Assembly: GCA_028534125.1 (NCBI GenBank)
Contig: CM052817.1
Location: forward strand, 56,918,001-56,978,000
Length of the DNA stretch: 60,000 bases
Reading direction: 5' to 3'
DNA from: Lama glama
Taxonomy: Eukaryota
The position numbers and the translations under genes were made by a program. The notes beneath the pieces were generated by a model. That model saw only the letters and a list, made by a program, of their open reading frames with translations, made no database searches and was not told the origin of the DNA. Each line of letters opens with the position of its first letter. The first letter of the stretch is position 1. Below, one piece after another: positions 24,791-38,829 of the stretch.

Positions 24791-26919
24791 AAAATCTGAA
24801 AGATTTCCCTGATTCAGAACTTTATTAAGATGACAAATGATATTGATTTGCTTCTTGGCGACAATTACCACTCCAGTTTGGAAAAAGAAAATGAGAATTG
24901 GATTCAGTTTGCTCTCCAGACCAATATATAAATGAGCTCCACAGCATATTCAAGGGGCTCTGATATCAACCTCCAATTTATCTTCATGGGAAGATACACA
25001 TTAATTAAGATACACCTTAATTGGCTTCATCCTCGGTCCTCTCCTCTCTATCACAGGCTGACACTATCTAGTACTAGAGGTACCAGTAATGATCTGTACT
25101 GGAAGCTGCTTTTTGGTTCTGGTTCCCTAAGTGTGTCTTAAACTTATACACTTGACTGAGCAAATTTTTAAAAAGTCTTTGTCAAGCAATTTTGGAAGGA
25201 CACATTTTTCCCCTCCAATACTCAGCAAAAGGCAAATTCATGCTACTATTCCTGTATCCCTGGGCAATCTGTGCTGGGTGGTACGTGCATATCTCTGCAG
25301 TCACTTAACCAGTGCATTCTCTCTGTAGGGGGGCAGAACTCTCCTCCACACTGTGGTAAGGGACAGTGAGCTTAAAACACATTTTTGCAGAAATAATCAC
25401 TTCTCATTTTGAATGAAATATTAAAATACATCTCTCATTATGCTAAAATATGGATACCATGATACTTTCTACCTGATAAATGTGCCCCTGGCAGAAGCTT
25501 AACTCAGAAGAATTTCAAGAAAATGTTCACACAATAACTTTCTACCCAGTATCATTAGGTTATATTTCTTTAAACAACTGTGAAAATTCAAATGGCAAAC
25601 AGTGACATACAAACAAAACAAAAGATGCTATCATTTCATACAATACCTGGTATCAAAGACTTGCTGGAAGTTCAAAGTTAGGGAATATGGAAAGCTTGAG
25701 ATATAAACACATGGGAAGTTCTATTTCAATAAGCCTTTAAAAATACATTAAGAGCTTTCTCTAAATATTAAAACACAGGCTCCTAGGAAGATTGCACTTG
25801 ATGACATCTGTCAGTCAGTGACTTGCTGTACATTACTGTCCAGAAAGAAGAGGAACATTAAACTATTTTCCAATTGATTTACTATAACATGAAAAAGAAG
25901 AATAATTTGGTCATTAATCAATAATTAATTTTAAAAATATCACCTGTGCAAATGGAGCCTATATACCAGAACCTTGCGGCGCTTTATGTGTGGTACTCTC
26001 AGTGTCCATACAAAGTCAACAAGATCAATTAATAATGTGCCCTTTCTACCTCCAAGAGTCATACTGGCTAACAGTTCTAAAGCCTCACTCTGCATCAGGC
26101 ACACGCTAAGTGTTCTAAAATGCTCTGTTTTATTTAATCTCCCCAGTCATCCAAGAAAGTAAGGCTCCCAAATTCACACAACCAGACAGGGGCAGAATCA
26201 CTAAAGATTTCTCCTTTTCCCCTAAATCCCGGTCAAGGGCACCCAAGTTCATTGCTCAATTTACTAAACCATTACCTCTTGGAAAAAAACAAAAAGGAGG
26301 CATTAATTTATTTTTAAAGAAAGCGATTATTTCTCCAAAGGAAAATTAATTACCCTCCAAGTACTACCATCTGTTTTAACGTTTTCAAGCCTAAACTTTG
26401 GAGAGACACAGTAACTTTAAAATGTCCCCAATAGTAGAGCCCAAATGACCTTTGTCATTAAGAAAGCAGAGCACAATCATCCTGCATCAAGAAACTAACT
26501 ATGAAAGTGATGTTGTATGTGGGGTCAGGAAGTTGCCTTAAGAATATGAGAAAAGATCGCCCAACACCCAGCATAGCTAAATTTCTATCTAGAGGAGGTC
26601 AAAACATTGTGGGGTTGAATGGCCCCACATGATGCTGCAGAGATGTCACAACCAGAAGAGAATAGTCAATGACAATGGATTCCAGAAGAGTAATTTGTGA
26701 GATGTTTCCATCTCATAGGAAAAAAAGTTTACTTACAAAGTTTCATCATGTATTTACTATATACAATCATGCTAGTTAGAGACCATGATGAACCAGAAAG
26801 CAACCTTGACCCTAAGAGGCTCATAGCTTACTGAGGGAAATGGACAACTAAGCAATAAACTGTGATAAATCCTGGGAAAGGGATGTGTATGTGACACATG
26901 TGACACTTTCCAACCAATA

Positions 26920-27300
26920 ATAATAATATTGGCTACTATTTATTGAATAGTTGCTATATATCCAGTTCTCTGCTGTGCATTCTTCATGTATTTTCTCCCC
27001 CAAATCAATTTAACCCCCCCAAATCAATCCTGTGAAATAAGAATTATTATTGTATTTCACAGATGTGAAAGCAAAGACTCAAAGAGGTTAATACATTCAA
27101 GATAATGCCAGCTTGTACATGTTCTGCTATGCTTGATTTAAACAGCTACTCCTAGTTTTAAAAGGGTACAGAGAGATATTTGAAAACAGATGATCATGAC
27201 TTTGGTCAAAATCAACTATGATAATGTTTACAAGTCTTAGATAGAGCTGATATTTGACCTCATATCTGTCTGACTCAGATCCTGGTTTCTTAACCTCCAA
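26920..27300 (-). mobile_element. MIR SINE (two pieces)
   Basis: ggctactatttattgaatagttgctatat...tttcacagatgtgaaagcaaagactcaaagaggttaa; tttgacctcatatctgtctgactc. Confidence 0.7.
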
Positions 27301-27379
27301 AATCTATATGAGTTTACTTTATACACAATGTTTTGAAATGTTTTATTAAGTTATATTAAAATTATTCAAAATTTATCAG

Positions 27380-27810
27380 ACTTTCCTTATTTTTCATGAC
27401 CCCAACAGTCTGGAGGAGTACTGGTCATGTGTTCTATAAAATGTCCCTTAATTTTGAAGACTTTTATCTAAATTCCTACATAAGTTCAATGTGAAGAACT
27501 AACAGTGCACTTTTGGGTATTATCCAGATCCAAAGAATCTTGAAAAAGGAAGTATGCTAAAATATACTAAGAAATATATTTATGAAGGATAAGCACAGTG
27601 GAACTTTCTGGAGTGATAGAAATGATCTGTATCTTGATAATGGGGACATGCATACATGGAAAAGTTTGCTTCTCCAATGGTCTGGGTTAGTGAGTCAGAA
27701 ACTATATTCTGCGCATTCTAGGCTTGAACAAATGAGTAAATATATCGAAGAAAATGGAAGTCAGATTTCTCACGATTAGAGAAGGAAGTTATAAATAAAA
27801 GGAAGAACAG
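27380..27810. mobile_element. Cluster of old L1 3'UTR fragments (L1MC/L1ME-like, mixed orientation)
   Basis: ttttcatgacc...ggaggagtactggtcatgtgttctataaaatgtccct (minus); ggaactttctggagtgatagaaatg and ctaggcttgaacaaatgagtaaatatat (plus). Confidence 0.6.
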
Positions 27811-30124
27811 AAGAATAGAGTACCTATAGAAGTTCCAAAGTCTGAACAGCAAGTGAAGGTCAAACAGTCCTGACCCTTAGGTTGGATTCTACCTTCACTC
27901 TGTGTTGCTTGAAACTCACAAAGTTGATCTCACAGCATATTTTGCTTGTTTGGTTGGTTTTTTGTTTGTTTTAATTAATTGGAAATGCATTTTAAAAGGT
28001 GACTCTTCATTTGAGCTGAGCAACAGTGTCTGGGTTTCAATATGCAAAAGAAGTCATAGTGCCCACAGCCTGTGTGCTCCACTCAGCATTTGGCATTTAC
28101 TCAGCACCTACTGTTGCCTTTTCTAGACATGCCAGGAGCTCACCTGTTTACTTAAGTTCTCTATTTACACCCAATTCCTTTTTCAGTGTGTTATCTTCCT
28201 GTCCTTAGTTAAGTCATTTAGTTAGTAACCCCTAGGAAAAGCTTAAATATTACTAAATAGTTAAACCTTAGCTAAATGAGCAAATTGCCTTTAAAATGAG
28301 ACGATAATGGGAGAACAGTGACCACCCTAGAGAAGAGAGGGAGTAAACCAACGTAAGATATATCTAGGCACTAACAATCTTTCCACAGATAGAAATGTAT
28401 TTGTCTGTTACATGCCTCATTCTCCTTGGCCCTTGCCTGAACTCTTCACATCAGAAAAGGTCTCACCAAGAAACTAGCATAAAGATAAAGCAAACAAGAT
28501 TTTTTTACGTGTCATTCATCCATGTTAAGGAAAGTAAATAACATAGAAAAAAAATTTGGTCACTCAAGTGATTCTAATTTGCAGGAAAAGGATTTATATG
28601 AAGTCATGTTGCTTCTTGTGTTCTTTAAGGATCAGTAGGAATGGATTCTGTGACATCTCACTTGTAAAACCTCCCAGAGATAGGCCACTTGCTTATTGAG
28701 AGGTCTAATTTTTAAGAAGTTCCCACTCTTACCAACAGACCAGAACTACCTTCTCTATACTCAACCTTGGAATAAATGTGCTATGTAAGAGTTAGAAGAG
28801 AGGACGATTTTAAATCACAAGGGTTCTAAAGAGGATAAATCCAATAAAGAAAAGAAATGGCAGGACATTCTTTGTGTTTCTAAATAAGTCCATGTGTTTT
28901 TCTTTTGCCTGAATAACTAGATGAGTTTCAGATATGCAAAGGAGATAGATTTGGGGAAGAGAGACTGGAGAGAGCTGAATTGGACTATACAATTGAGTGA
29001 GAATTCTGAGTTCCCAGAAGCAATCCAGAAGAAGAAGGTGACAAAAGAAACACAAAATGATAGAAGTGGGACCCTCAGCAGGTAGTCTGGCCAGTGAGAA
29101 TGCCTGACAGTGAATTAAGAGCAATAATGACTAACTTCCAATAACACATTTTCAATAACTTAGTTCTGCTAGATACAAAGCTCTAATACCTTTGGTTGCC
29201 TTGATATGGTATCAAGAAGGGGCTGTGTGTCCATTAGGGTCAGTGGCAACAATGACAGATCAGAGACAAGAAGTTAGTACAGGCAGGATATTGGAGTCAG
29301 GTGACCATCAAAACATAAGCCTTATAGGAACTGACAGAAGTCTTAGAAAAAGAAGACTGTCCACAAAACAAAGAATGAGCTGATGAGCTAGTCTTGCCTA
29401 AATCCTAAGAGGCAAGGTGACACCACCTCACATCTCAGTTACAAATTTATTACTCACTCTATGCAACTGGTAGAACTGAAGATTTATGAGCCTTATCAAG
29501 AGTTGAGATTTTCTACAATTCTGACCATCTGCTTTCAAACATCTTTATGTACCCTCCTAGTTTTAAGCCTGAGTAGTTTGAAATCAAGCACAATAGTAAA
29601 TCTCTAATGATCTACCACATTTAAATTATCATCCAGCCTATCCAATCAGTCCAATATGAACCCAGCACTAAGCCTCAAGAGGCTCATATTAATACGATTA
29701 AGTAGTTAATTTTTCTAGGATGTGCACAGCTGTGGCCATTAATAATCTAACAGTCATCATACTGCAGTGTCTGGGAAAAATCAAAGCAGCAATATCTAAA
29801 AAAATGTCAAGGAACTAAAAATTGAAAGCACAGAGAAAAATGCCACCAGCTGTAGACAGTAAAATCTATTCTACCTGACTAGCTACATGTCAAAGAATCA
29901 ATGCCTGTCCCAAGAGATGAACATGAACTAGTGCGTGAAGAGCTGCATGTTCAAGATTATTAAGATTGCTAAGTGATAATTCACAAAACACTGAACACCG
30001 AGTCAGTCTTGCTTTCCTCCCAGCATTCTGTTCATGGAAAGGGACTTTGTCCTTGACTTACAAGTTCAAATCTCTACTTGCATGCTCTATACTTGTATCC
30101 AGCAGCATTTCACTCTTCTAACAC

Positions 30125-31955
30125 ATATATTTGTTCAATAAATATTTCTAGAATGCCTACCATAAGACAGGCACTGTGTTAAGATACAATAGTAATGCAA
30201 ATGCAGATCGTTATCCCTGCCTTCAAGGAGCTTACAGACTAGTGGTAAACAGGCAATTACAGTTAGGGTGCTCTGATATTGATAAAGGAAGGAAGGTCAT
30301 TTCAGAAAGAGGGATTAGTACAGAGGAACTATCTGCATTTCAGTGTGATTCATGCATACTGACCATATGAATCATATGAACAAAGGTGGTGGCAGGAAAT
30401 AAAGCTGGAGAGGCAGCCATGAGCTTGACCATGAAGAGTTCTGAATATGAACCTAAAGATATTGGGCCTCATTGTGAAGCCAAAGGACAGGCTACTTTGG
30501 AGTAAGAATTCACTGGAGAATGCCAGGGCTAGAAGGGAGAAAACCAGTTCCAAGGTGATCAAATTAATTATAGGGGAGACTAATGTGGTAGAATGGCAAT
30601 GGAAATTAAAGGACAGATAAGTAACAGGACTTGACTGGCTGGATAGGAGGGCAAGAAATTACAGAAAGAATCAAAGATAATTACCAGCTCACTGGTTTGA
30701 ATAAGTAAAGATGCCATTTACTGAGATATGGAAGGAGAAATAGGCTTGGAGGTGAGGGTGCAGTGACGAATGAGAAGAGAATTAGAGGTACATGACATAG
30801 AAGTAGAAATGTCCAGTAGGCAGCAGGATGCTTTGTTAACTAGAATCTTTTTTGTAAAGGGTGACAGATATCAATCAAGCCAGCTTTAACAAAGTGCAGG
30901 CTTTGCTATAAATGTACTGTGATAGGGATGTAACTGTGTCTGAGCAACTAGAGGATTCAGAGGCCTAATGCCTTCAGTACTCCAGACATTTCTCAGCTTG
31001 CCCCTCTCTCTAAGTCTCTCATTTATTTTTTTTAACCTTTGAAAATTATTATTATTGAGATATAATTCACAAAGAATAAATTTAATCATCTCTAATTTAC
31101 AGACTGGCCACCTCTGTATATATTGTTTACATGAGAGTACACACAGTTGCCTGCAGCTCCCAAGCTTTCTACCTTACAATTCGAGGTTATGTATAAAATA
31201 TTTAACAACCAATCAGAATTGATGCAGCCCTTACATGACACTGATGCATTCAACATGACAATCACCAAGATTCCAGCCCAGAATCTCAAAGAGAGGTTGT
31301 TCTGAGCCCCGGTCTCAAACCCCAAATTTCAGGGCACAAATTTAGAGGCCAAGGTTGGATCAAGCACCCATCCCTGGACAAATTAGCTGAGGTACAGGAA
31401 AGGGTCACACAGTAACACAACTTCAACATATGGTTAGAAAGGGAGGGCCACTCCTAGAAAATGGGTCCTCTTCAGGTAACTCCTTTGATGTTTACTACAG
31501 ACATCAAAGTCTGACCTAAGGAGGGAGGTCAGCTTTAGAAGTCATCAGCATATGGATGGTAATGATGCCATAGAATATGGTGATCATTCAGAGGAAATGT
31601 AGATAGGTAGAAGAGAAGGCTAAAAAAAGAGCTTTAAGGTCTAATATTCCTGACAATGGGGAAAGAAGAAGTTGCCTTCATGGAGACTGAAAAGAATAAC
31701 TAAAGGGATAGGAGGCAGACCAAAAGAATGTGAAAATTTTCATAAGAGAATATGTTGTTGCGAAGCCAGGAGAAGAAAGGAATTCAAGATGAGGCTCTAT
31801 GTAAAATGTTGCAGAGAAGTCAAATGTCTTAGGATGATCTTTGGAAGCTAAAACAAGAGCAATTTTGATAGCATCACAGGGATATGAGCAAGATTGTTGA
31901 GGGTGGAGGTGTGAGCGGAAAGTGAGAAAGTGATGACAGCATGTTACTGTCATAC
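30125..31955 (-). mobile_element. L2 LINE interrupted by a MaLR LTR
   Basis: ttgttcaataaatatttctagaatgcctacc...caggcactgtgtt...ccctgccttcaaggagcttacagactagtgg; resumes after 31500 (gaagtcatcagcatatggatggt). Confidence 0.8.
30829..31499 (-). mobile_element. MaLR LTR (MLT1J/K/L-like) with a short L1 tail at about 31020-31095
   Basis: tagaatcttttttgtaaagggtgacaga...ggatcaagcacccatccctggacaaattagctg...gatgtttactaca. Confidence 0.7.
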
Positions 31956-32768
31956 CTCAGAGGACTGGAAGCTCCACTAATGCACAAAATAGTATTTTTG
32001 TGTATGTAGATATATGACCAGTGAAATGTGCCACAGCTCTGTGATTGCTTTTATTTACAGTTTTTGACACTGAATCATGAATTCTGGTTCTGTACCATGT
32101 TTTATGCAAATAAGAACTTCCCAGGCTTATGTTCATCATGAATATGATTTTGTTTCTACCAAGGCAACATAAACTATGGAAAAATTATATAAGCACCATG
32201 TGTGGTAAAATCATAAAATGCCCATTAAAATAATTGTACTTTATATTACTATAGGGTGTTACAATTCTCTATGCAGTTTTACTTTTATATCTCATGTCAT
32301 AAACTATGTCTAAGTGGTCAAGAACTTCTTCTTTCTAAGCAACCTAAATTAACCCAAATGCCATGAGGCATTCCTCTGATAATCAACCCACTGACAAGAT
32401 AAGATGCCTCAACATGTAACAGCCAATGAGGGCTAAATAGAGTTTGATATCAACTGTTTATTCAGACGAGGCTGACATTTTCTCAAGTAACAAACTTCTG
32501 TATCTACACAGCAAGTCAAATAGACCAAAATAATGCTTTGGGGTTTTTTTAATTCAGGATTTGACTTCTCAAAATTGTTTATGGCAAGGCAATTTTAAAT
32601 TTCAGAACCCCGTTCACTTTCTTGTGATGGCAGGATTAAATTTCTCCAATAATTTTCAACTAAAATGATACACACATAGAATAAGGAGAAACCAAGCTGA
32701 AAAATAAAAATTCTCCCCACTGTACCATGCAAAGTCCAGCTTACTTAAATTCAGAATATCTAAAATTC

Positions 32769-33243
32769 TTTTTTTATTGACGTATAGTTGATTTACAATC
32801 TTGTGTTAGTTTCTTGTGTACAACATAGTGAAGCATAGTGATTCAGTGATACACACACACACATATATATACACATTCTTTTTCATATTTTTTTCATCAG
32901 AGGTTACTGTAAGATATTGAATATAGTTCTCTGTGCTATACATTAGGACCCTGTTGTTTATTTATTTTATATATAGTAGTTTGTATCAGCTAATAACAAA
33001 CTTCTAATTTATCTCTCTCTTCTTTCCCTTTTGGTAATCATGAGTTTGTTTTCAATGTCTGTGAATCCATTTCTGTTTTGTAAATAAGTTCAATTGTATC
33101 TTTTTTTAGATTTCATATATAAGTGACATATGATATTTGTCTTTCTCTGACTTAACTTCACTTAGTATGATAATCTCTAAGTCCATCCATGTTGCTGCAA
33201 ATGGCATTATTTCATTCTTTTTTATGGCTGAGTAGTATTCCAT

Positions 33244-33299
<56 letters not shown>

Positions 33300-33450
33300 C
33301 ACACACACACACACATACAATCTTCTTTAAATCATTTGCCAATGGACATTTAGGCTGTTTCTACATCTTGACTATTGTAAATAGTGCTACTATAAACACT
33401 GGGGTGCATGCATCTTTTCAGCTTAGAGTTTTCTCCAGATACCTGCCCAG
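32769..33450 (-). mobile_element. 5'-truncated L1
   Basis: ORF 33106-33342 ends [31 protein letters not shown]; poly-T head and cetartiodactyl-type 3'UTR. Confidence 0.93.
33247..33318. repeat. (TA)n(CA)n microsatellite within L1
   Basis: Seen directly. Confidence 0.95.
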
Positions 33451-34437
33451 ATGTGAACCTGAAAACCTTCTGAGACAGACTGGAAGTTATGAATAATTGG
33501 AAAAATCCTTTCTCAAAAGTCACACAAAATTCTATCAACTCAATACAATTCATTTATCCTTTCAGTGCATGCCAAATAAGCAAAAGTTCAGAGGCTCCAT
33601 TCTCTACTGCTTCAAAGGTGATGGCACCCACAGTAAGAGAAACTTCTGCCTAGATCAAGTTCTTTCAGTAGTAGCTAACTTTTCTGAATCACTAAGTTAA
33701 CCCTAATATAATAGAGAATTTTTACTTGACAAATATCATTGTCTTATATACAGTCTCATACTGAGTAATGATTGACTTAAATCCAGATTATTAATTATCC
33801 TGAGATCAATTTTGTCTGAGGCATTAGATCTTACAGAATTCCATTCTCAACCTAGTCAAGTCACTTGAAGCAGCCAGAATTAATAGTGTATCGTGAGGTA
33901 ACAGGGAAATATTTCCAACCATCGGGTGCAGAGGTTTAAGTGTATACTCAACAGGTAGGTCTGGGCCTTGCACAAAAACAAAACATTTTACAGAATCAAA
34001 TACTTTCCCCTTTGAGAAACAACAACAAAAAAGGCAGCTGAACACAAAGGCTGCAAATACTTGCTGATTTGGAGTTAATCTAACATTGAGTCCACATCAT
34101 GGCCACATGATGCATTGAAGTTAAGTCATTTTTGTTTTTTCTGAATGGTATATATGCTTTTGATCTCTACAGATGTCCAATATTCCTCTATTCTCTGAAC
34201 TATGTCCCAGAGGCACAAACAATTCAGAGAAACTAGTTCATTCATGACCACTGTAGATTTGTTATCTTAGCAGTGTTGATAATTGCATCTCAATTTATTT
34301 TAAGGCTAGTATCCCTGAGAACTTGTGTAGTTTGTAGCAAAGAATTTCCATCTCTACAATCCTTTGGCATTACTAATAAGGTGAGTACTTTTTACCTGAC
34401 ACATCTCCAACAGGATTCTGAGCAATGCAGAAAAAAC

Positions 34438-34476
34438 ATAGTCAATATAGTCAAGATATAGTCAAATATAGTCAAT
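34438..34476. repeat. Short tandem repeat, four copies of atagtcaa
   Basis: atagtcaatatagtcaagatatagtcaaatatagtcaat. Confidence 0.8.
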
Positions 34477-37400
34477 CCTACAGGGAAGAAAATAGTGACA
34501 TGAGTGCAAGGTTAGTTGAGTATTTTCTAGTGAAAACAGAAGTTTATACATTGGCAACAGCTTTGAGTCCCTGCATAAAAAACCTGGGCCATGGTGTGAC
34601 CTGGGGGGTGAGCGTAGAGTGGAGGAAAGGAGAGAAGGAAAAAAGTCAAGGAAAAAAGTTCTCCCCAGGAGTGGCCCAGAGAAGCTCTATAGATACATAA
34701 ATAAAGAGTGTGCACTGAGTTAACTATTAGGATGATTCACAGAAGACTTGCATTTGCATCAGCTGAACCAGGTAAGTAAAGAGATAGGGAAACTTTAGAG
34801 AAGAGCAAGTAGAGCAATTAAATAGGTTGTGGAAAGTGCATAAAGTGTCTTAGTGGATGACAAGCAAATCACCACCAGATTTCAAAGATCCTAGAATGAC
34901 TTTGACTCACAAGCAATGGGTAGTCAATGAGTATTTCTGAGCAGAGGATCATAGCTCAGTTCTACCAAGGGAGTTGTGGATAGTCAAAGATCATGGAAGG
35001 AGTAGATTTGAAGGTGAAAAGAAGTTTACTTTAGGATATGCTAAATTATGGATGGTTTTTAAGGAAAATGTCACACCCTTAAAATATGTATGCCTTTATG
35101 AAAAAAATATTCTGATCAAGAGATTCTAAAGCTGTCAGCAATTTGCTTCCACCCAGGAAAAATGGAAACTCAGATTCTGATCTACTTGAAGCCTCGTTCT
35201 TTAGTCTGCTCAAGCAAAACTCAACTCAACTGACAGGAGAGAAAAATGATAAATTGGCTACTTGACTGAACTGACCAATCAATTAATTCAAAACAGTCAA
35301 CCAAGCAGTACCATTCAATCTAGAGACAGATCTCTTCATGACAGTAAAAGAAGAAGGGTCAAGACCTCTTCCCCCAAGGTTATTCTTCTAAAGGATGAAA
35401 TAATGCTTTTATCAAACAATTAGATCTCTCAGCAAAATCAATTACTGATTGTATCCCAGATACCTGGGAGAACCGCATCATAAAAAGCAGGCCTTTGTAA
35501 GTTGTCAAGGGCAAGGACACAGTGGTTTAAAATCTTTTTTGATAGCCACAGTGGTTATTAATGCATGCTTTACAAAATGAAATGCTTTCATTTTTATATT
35601 TTCTAAGGAAATGAAAATTTATAGCAAAGAGATTATCTTGTTTTTTTAGGATAAATGCATTTACCCTAAAAAGGATATATCTCCTCAAGAACAGATTCTG
35701 ATATTATATCTAAAAAGGTTGGTAGCATTAGTGATTCTTCTGTTTTATATTTCCTCTTTCATATAAGCAAAAAGGTTTCAAAATAACACATTTACAAATA
35801 CAAAATTCTTAATGCCAGGTAGAGGAGGCACGGTTTTCTGTGATTTGCCAAAAACTGTGGGCACTTGATTAGGGTACATGAAACTTCAACTTTCTTAATA
35901 GTAAGAAAATACTTATTTCCTATAAATATAAAAACCAGTCCTTGATATGACCTTAGGATCTTCCTTTTTTTGTACAAATTTTAATTTTTTAAGTATAACA
36001 GATTATCTTGCATTTTCTTTTGTCTAGGTAATCAAAAGAGTAAGGTAATGCTTTAATTGATTGATTCCCAATAGGAAGAAATGCCTTGTTCCTGTGCAAC
36101 TTGATATGGATTTGGTGTCAAATGCCACAGTTATAAAGAGAAATTGTTCCCTTAATTAATGATTTCCATCTTAAAACTAGAAAACGTAGGTAGTTTTTTT
36201 TTTTAAGTCACAACTGCTATTTAAAGATTGATGCTTTGGAAAGGGAATGGAAAGAATTAGGTTTAACAATGTAAGAAGGGTTTCAAATCAAAGTGTTTTG
36301 TTTCAGTCAACAGAAAACTAATCTTTTAAAAAGGAACACTGATATCTTTAAGCAATTCTTAAGACTCCATAGTTAACCAAGCCCCTACAGGCCCCAACAT
36401 TCCCTATTATGTTATACTCAGCCACTTCATATATAATTTTATGTAGTGCCTGTCTCCATAGGCGTTCCAGCCTTCTACTTCTGAGGTTGTTCTCAATATT
36501 AAAGGTTAGAGCCAATTTAATTCACATGATCTGCTCTCTAAAAATTTATTTCCCAAGGTTGATTATCTGAGTACTAAAAGAGGAAGTACTACAAAAAGAT
36601 TGAGCTGTCTTTTTAAATTACTTTATTAGGAACATTTTATTTTATGTGTGTGTGTATATGTAAATTAAGAACATACATTTTTGTTCCTCTACACTGCTAA
36701 CAGTTGCTTGGTCAACCTGTAAAGTTGTAGGCATAGTTGTTATTGTTTTTGTTTCCTTGTAAAGTTAACACATATATATTTATTTTATCTCTTTACATTG
36801 GTATAGATTAAGAAGATACCCAGTTTATGAATCCTTAGAACATGAATAGAGTTATATAAAACCTTTAAAAGTTAATGCCAAAAATTATCAAAACATAGAT
36901 TAGTGGAATTAATCTCAAACCATCTGAGTCAGGAGAGAAAAGTTCTTGAGAACAGGGACCACTTGTATAGGTTCATCGTTGACTATTCCTTTTATAAAAG
37001 AAACACATTCCCCAATTCTCTATCAACGTCACCACTCCTGGTTACTGCAAAGCTCAAAGGCTTTCCTCAGTAAGCCTATCTGCCTGGTACCTGAATTCAT
37101 TTGATTTTGTAACACCTAATCATATGCTAAGTTTCCCTAATACTCTTATTTCTAAAAAGTAAAAGAATTAAGTTGAACTACATTTCAATTGAGAAAAGAA
37201 GAAAATTTAATATTCTCAACAATCCATCAGAAAAATATAATAAAATTGCAATACTAATAACTGAATTATTTTATAAATTTAACAACAAAATGAATACCAG
37301 ACATAAAGTATCCTTTTGTCTTTAACAAAATAGCATATCCACCATTGCCTTGTTACCTGATAGAGTTTTATCCCCTACTGGTGAAATTGTGTTGCTTTAG

Positions 37401-38397
37401 GAGTAATTTTTGTGTATAAACCACAGATTACAGAATTTCAAGTCTCAACATTTAAGATAGTTTATAAGATAGTTGTCATTCTGAAGGCACATGATAAACT
37501 CCTGGGTGAAAAGAATTATTATGAAATTATAACTTAATATTAATATCCCACCAATAAAACAATGTTCACTGCATTTTCATAGCAAAAGAGACCATCAAAT
37601 AATTGCCAATATTTTCCATATCTGAAATTAAAGAATTATGAAGACTATTTCACATTGTATATCAAAAGAATTAAAAAACTCCTGTCATCTTTAACCATGT
37701 GGATATTCATGTAAGAGTACTACTAATATTACATGACTTGCTTGCCTCATTTCTTAACTACTTAGGTTTAACCAGAGCAGGTAAAACATTTTTCATGAAA
37801 AAAATGTTTTATTATTTATGCATATCAATAGAAATTTTCAGAACCAAATATGTAGTGTCAAACTTTTAAATCTATTTTTATATTTAATAAAAGCCCTGTA
37901 ATTCTCTTATCATTCACATTAACTGATTTTGAGCACTTCATATAAAAGGATAAACTATATGAAAAAATCTTGTATTTAATATCTTAAAACTGATCACATA
38001 CAGATTAGAAAATATTTACAGTTACAAAGAAAACATGGAATAGACTCATCCATTCTATCAGTAAGAGTTTCCCCAGTTGATAAAGTATTGATTATGAAAA
38101 AATATATTATTAACACTCAAACAATTATATGTAAAATGTCAACCAAACTGCAGCTAAAGCACTTAGCATGAAAGGCACTAATTACTTATATTTTCTTTGT
38201 TACGACATAAAGAACAATGCTGCAATACACAGAGCAGTTGTGCTGGAGATGTACCCATTGTCTCTGTAACTGAAGTTCCAGGTAGAGCACTGTCAGGAGC
38301 ATATTCATGACACAATTCTAGTGGTCTACAGACTTACAATACAATAAACCTATTGCACAAGCCCTGTTGTGTTTGGAGGGGGGTTAGCATTAACTTT

Positions 38398-38562
38398 GCT
38401 CTTACTTCTCAAGTTGATAAGGGGGTTGATGGTCTCCCGGCTAGGCATGGTAGATGCCTGAATGCTGAAAGACAACTGGAACCAATTTATGACTGGGCAG
38501 AAACATCTTCCACTAACAGAAATGGCAGGTGTCCAGGCCTGCCCTTTCAGGAATATGAGTAG
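38398..38562 (+). pseudogene. Possible degenerate 5-hydroxyisourate hydrolase (transthyretin-family) fragment
   Basis: ALTSQVDKGVDGLPARHGRCLNAERQLEPIYDWAETSSTNRNGRCPGL shows HIUase-like LT..V, GLPA, W.E and TN..GRCPGL spacing; no ATG, early TAG, no C-terminal YRGS. Confidence 0.3.
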
Positions 38563-38829
38563 CTAATTTTTGTCAGCCACAAGGTGTTGAGAATGATAGT
38601 ATTGTTTAGATTTGTTTGCTTTAATAGTGGCTTCTTATCTATTGTGTGAATATACTGCAACAACTCTTCTGGAAAAAGGTAATTGCAAAAATTTTCTGGT
38701 AAAAAAAATAAGGATGAGTATGCCATTTAGAGTAATGCAATGCGGGAAAATGTGTAAAGGGAATCCAAATACAGAGGAATTTAGTGAATTTTTTAAATAA
38801 ATAGAAAGGATATACAAATATCTTCAGCA

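Noticed and set aside
8565..25340. Identical 15-mer taggggggcagaact at 8565 and 25326, CTCF-like
   Set aside because: A few 15-mer matches are expected by chance in 60 kb, and the 5' half fits the CTCF consensus poorly
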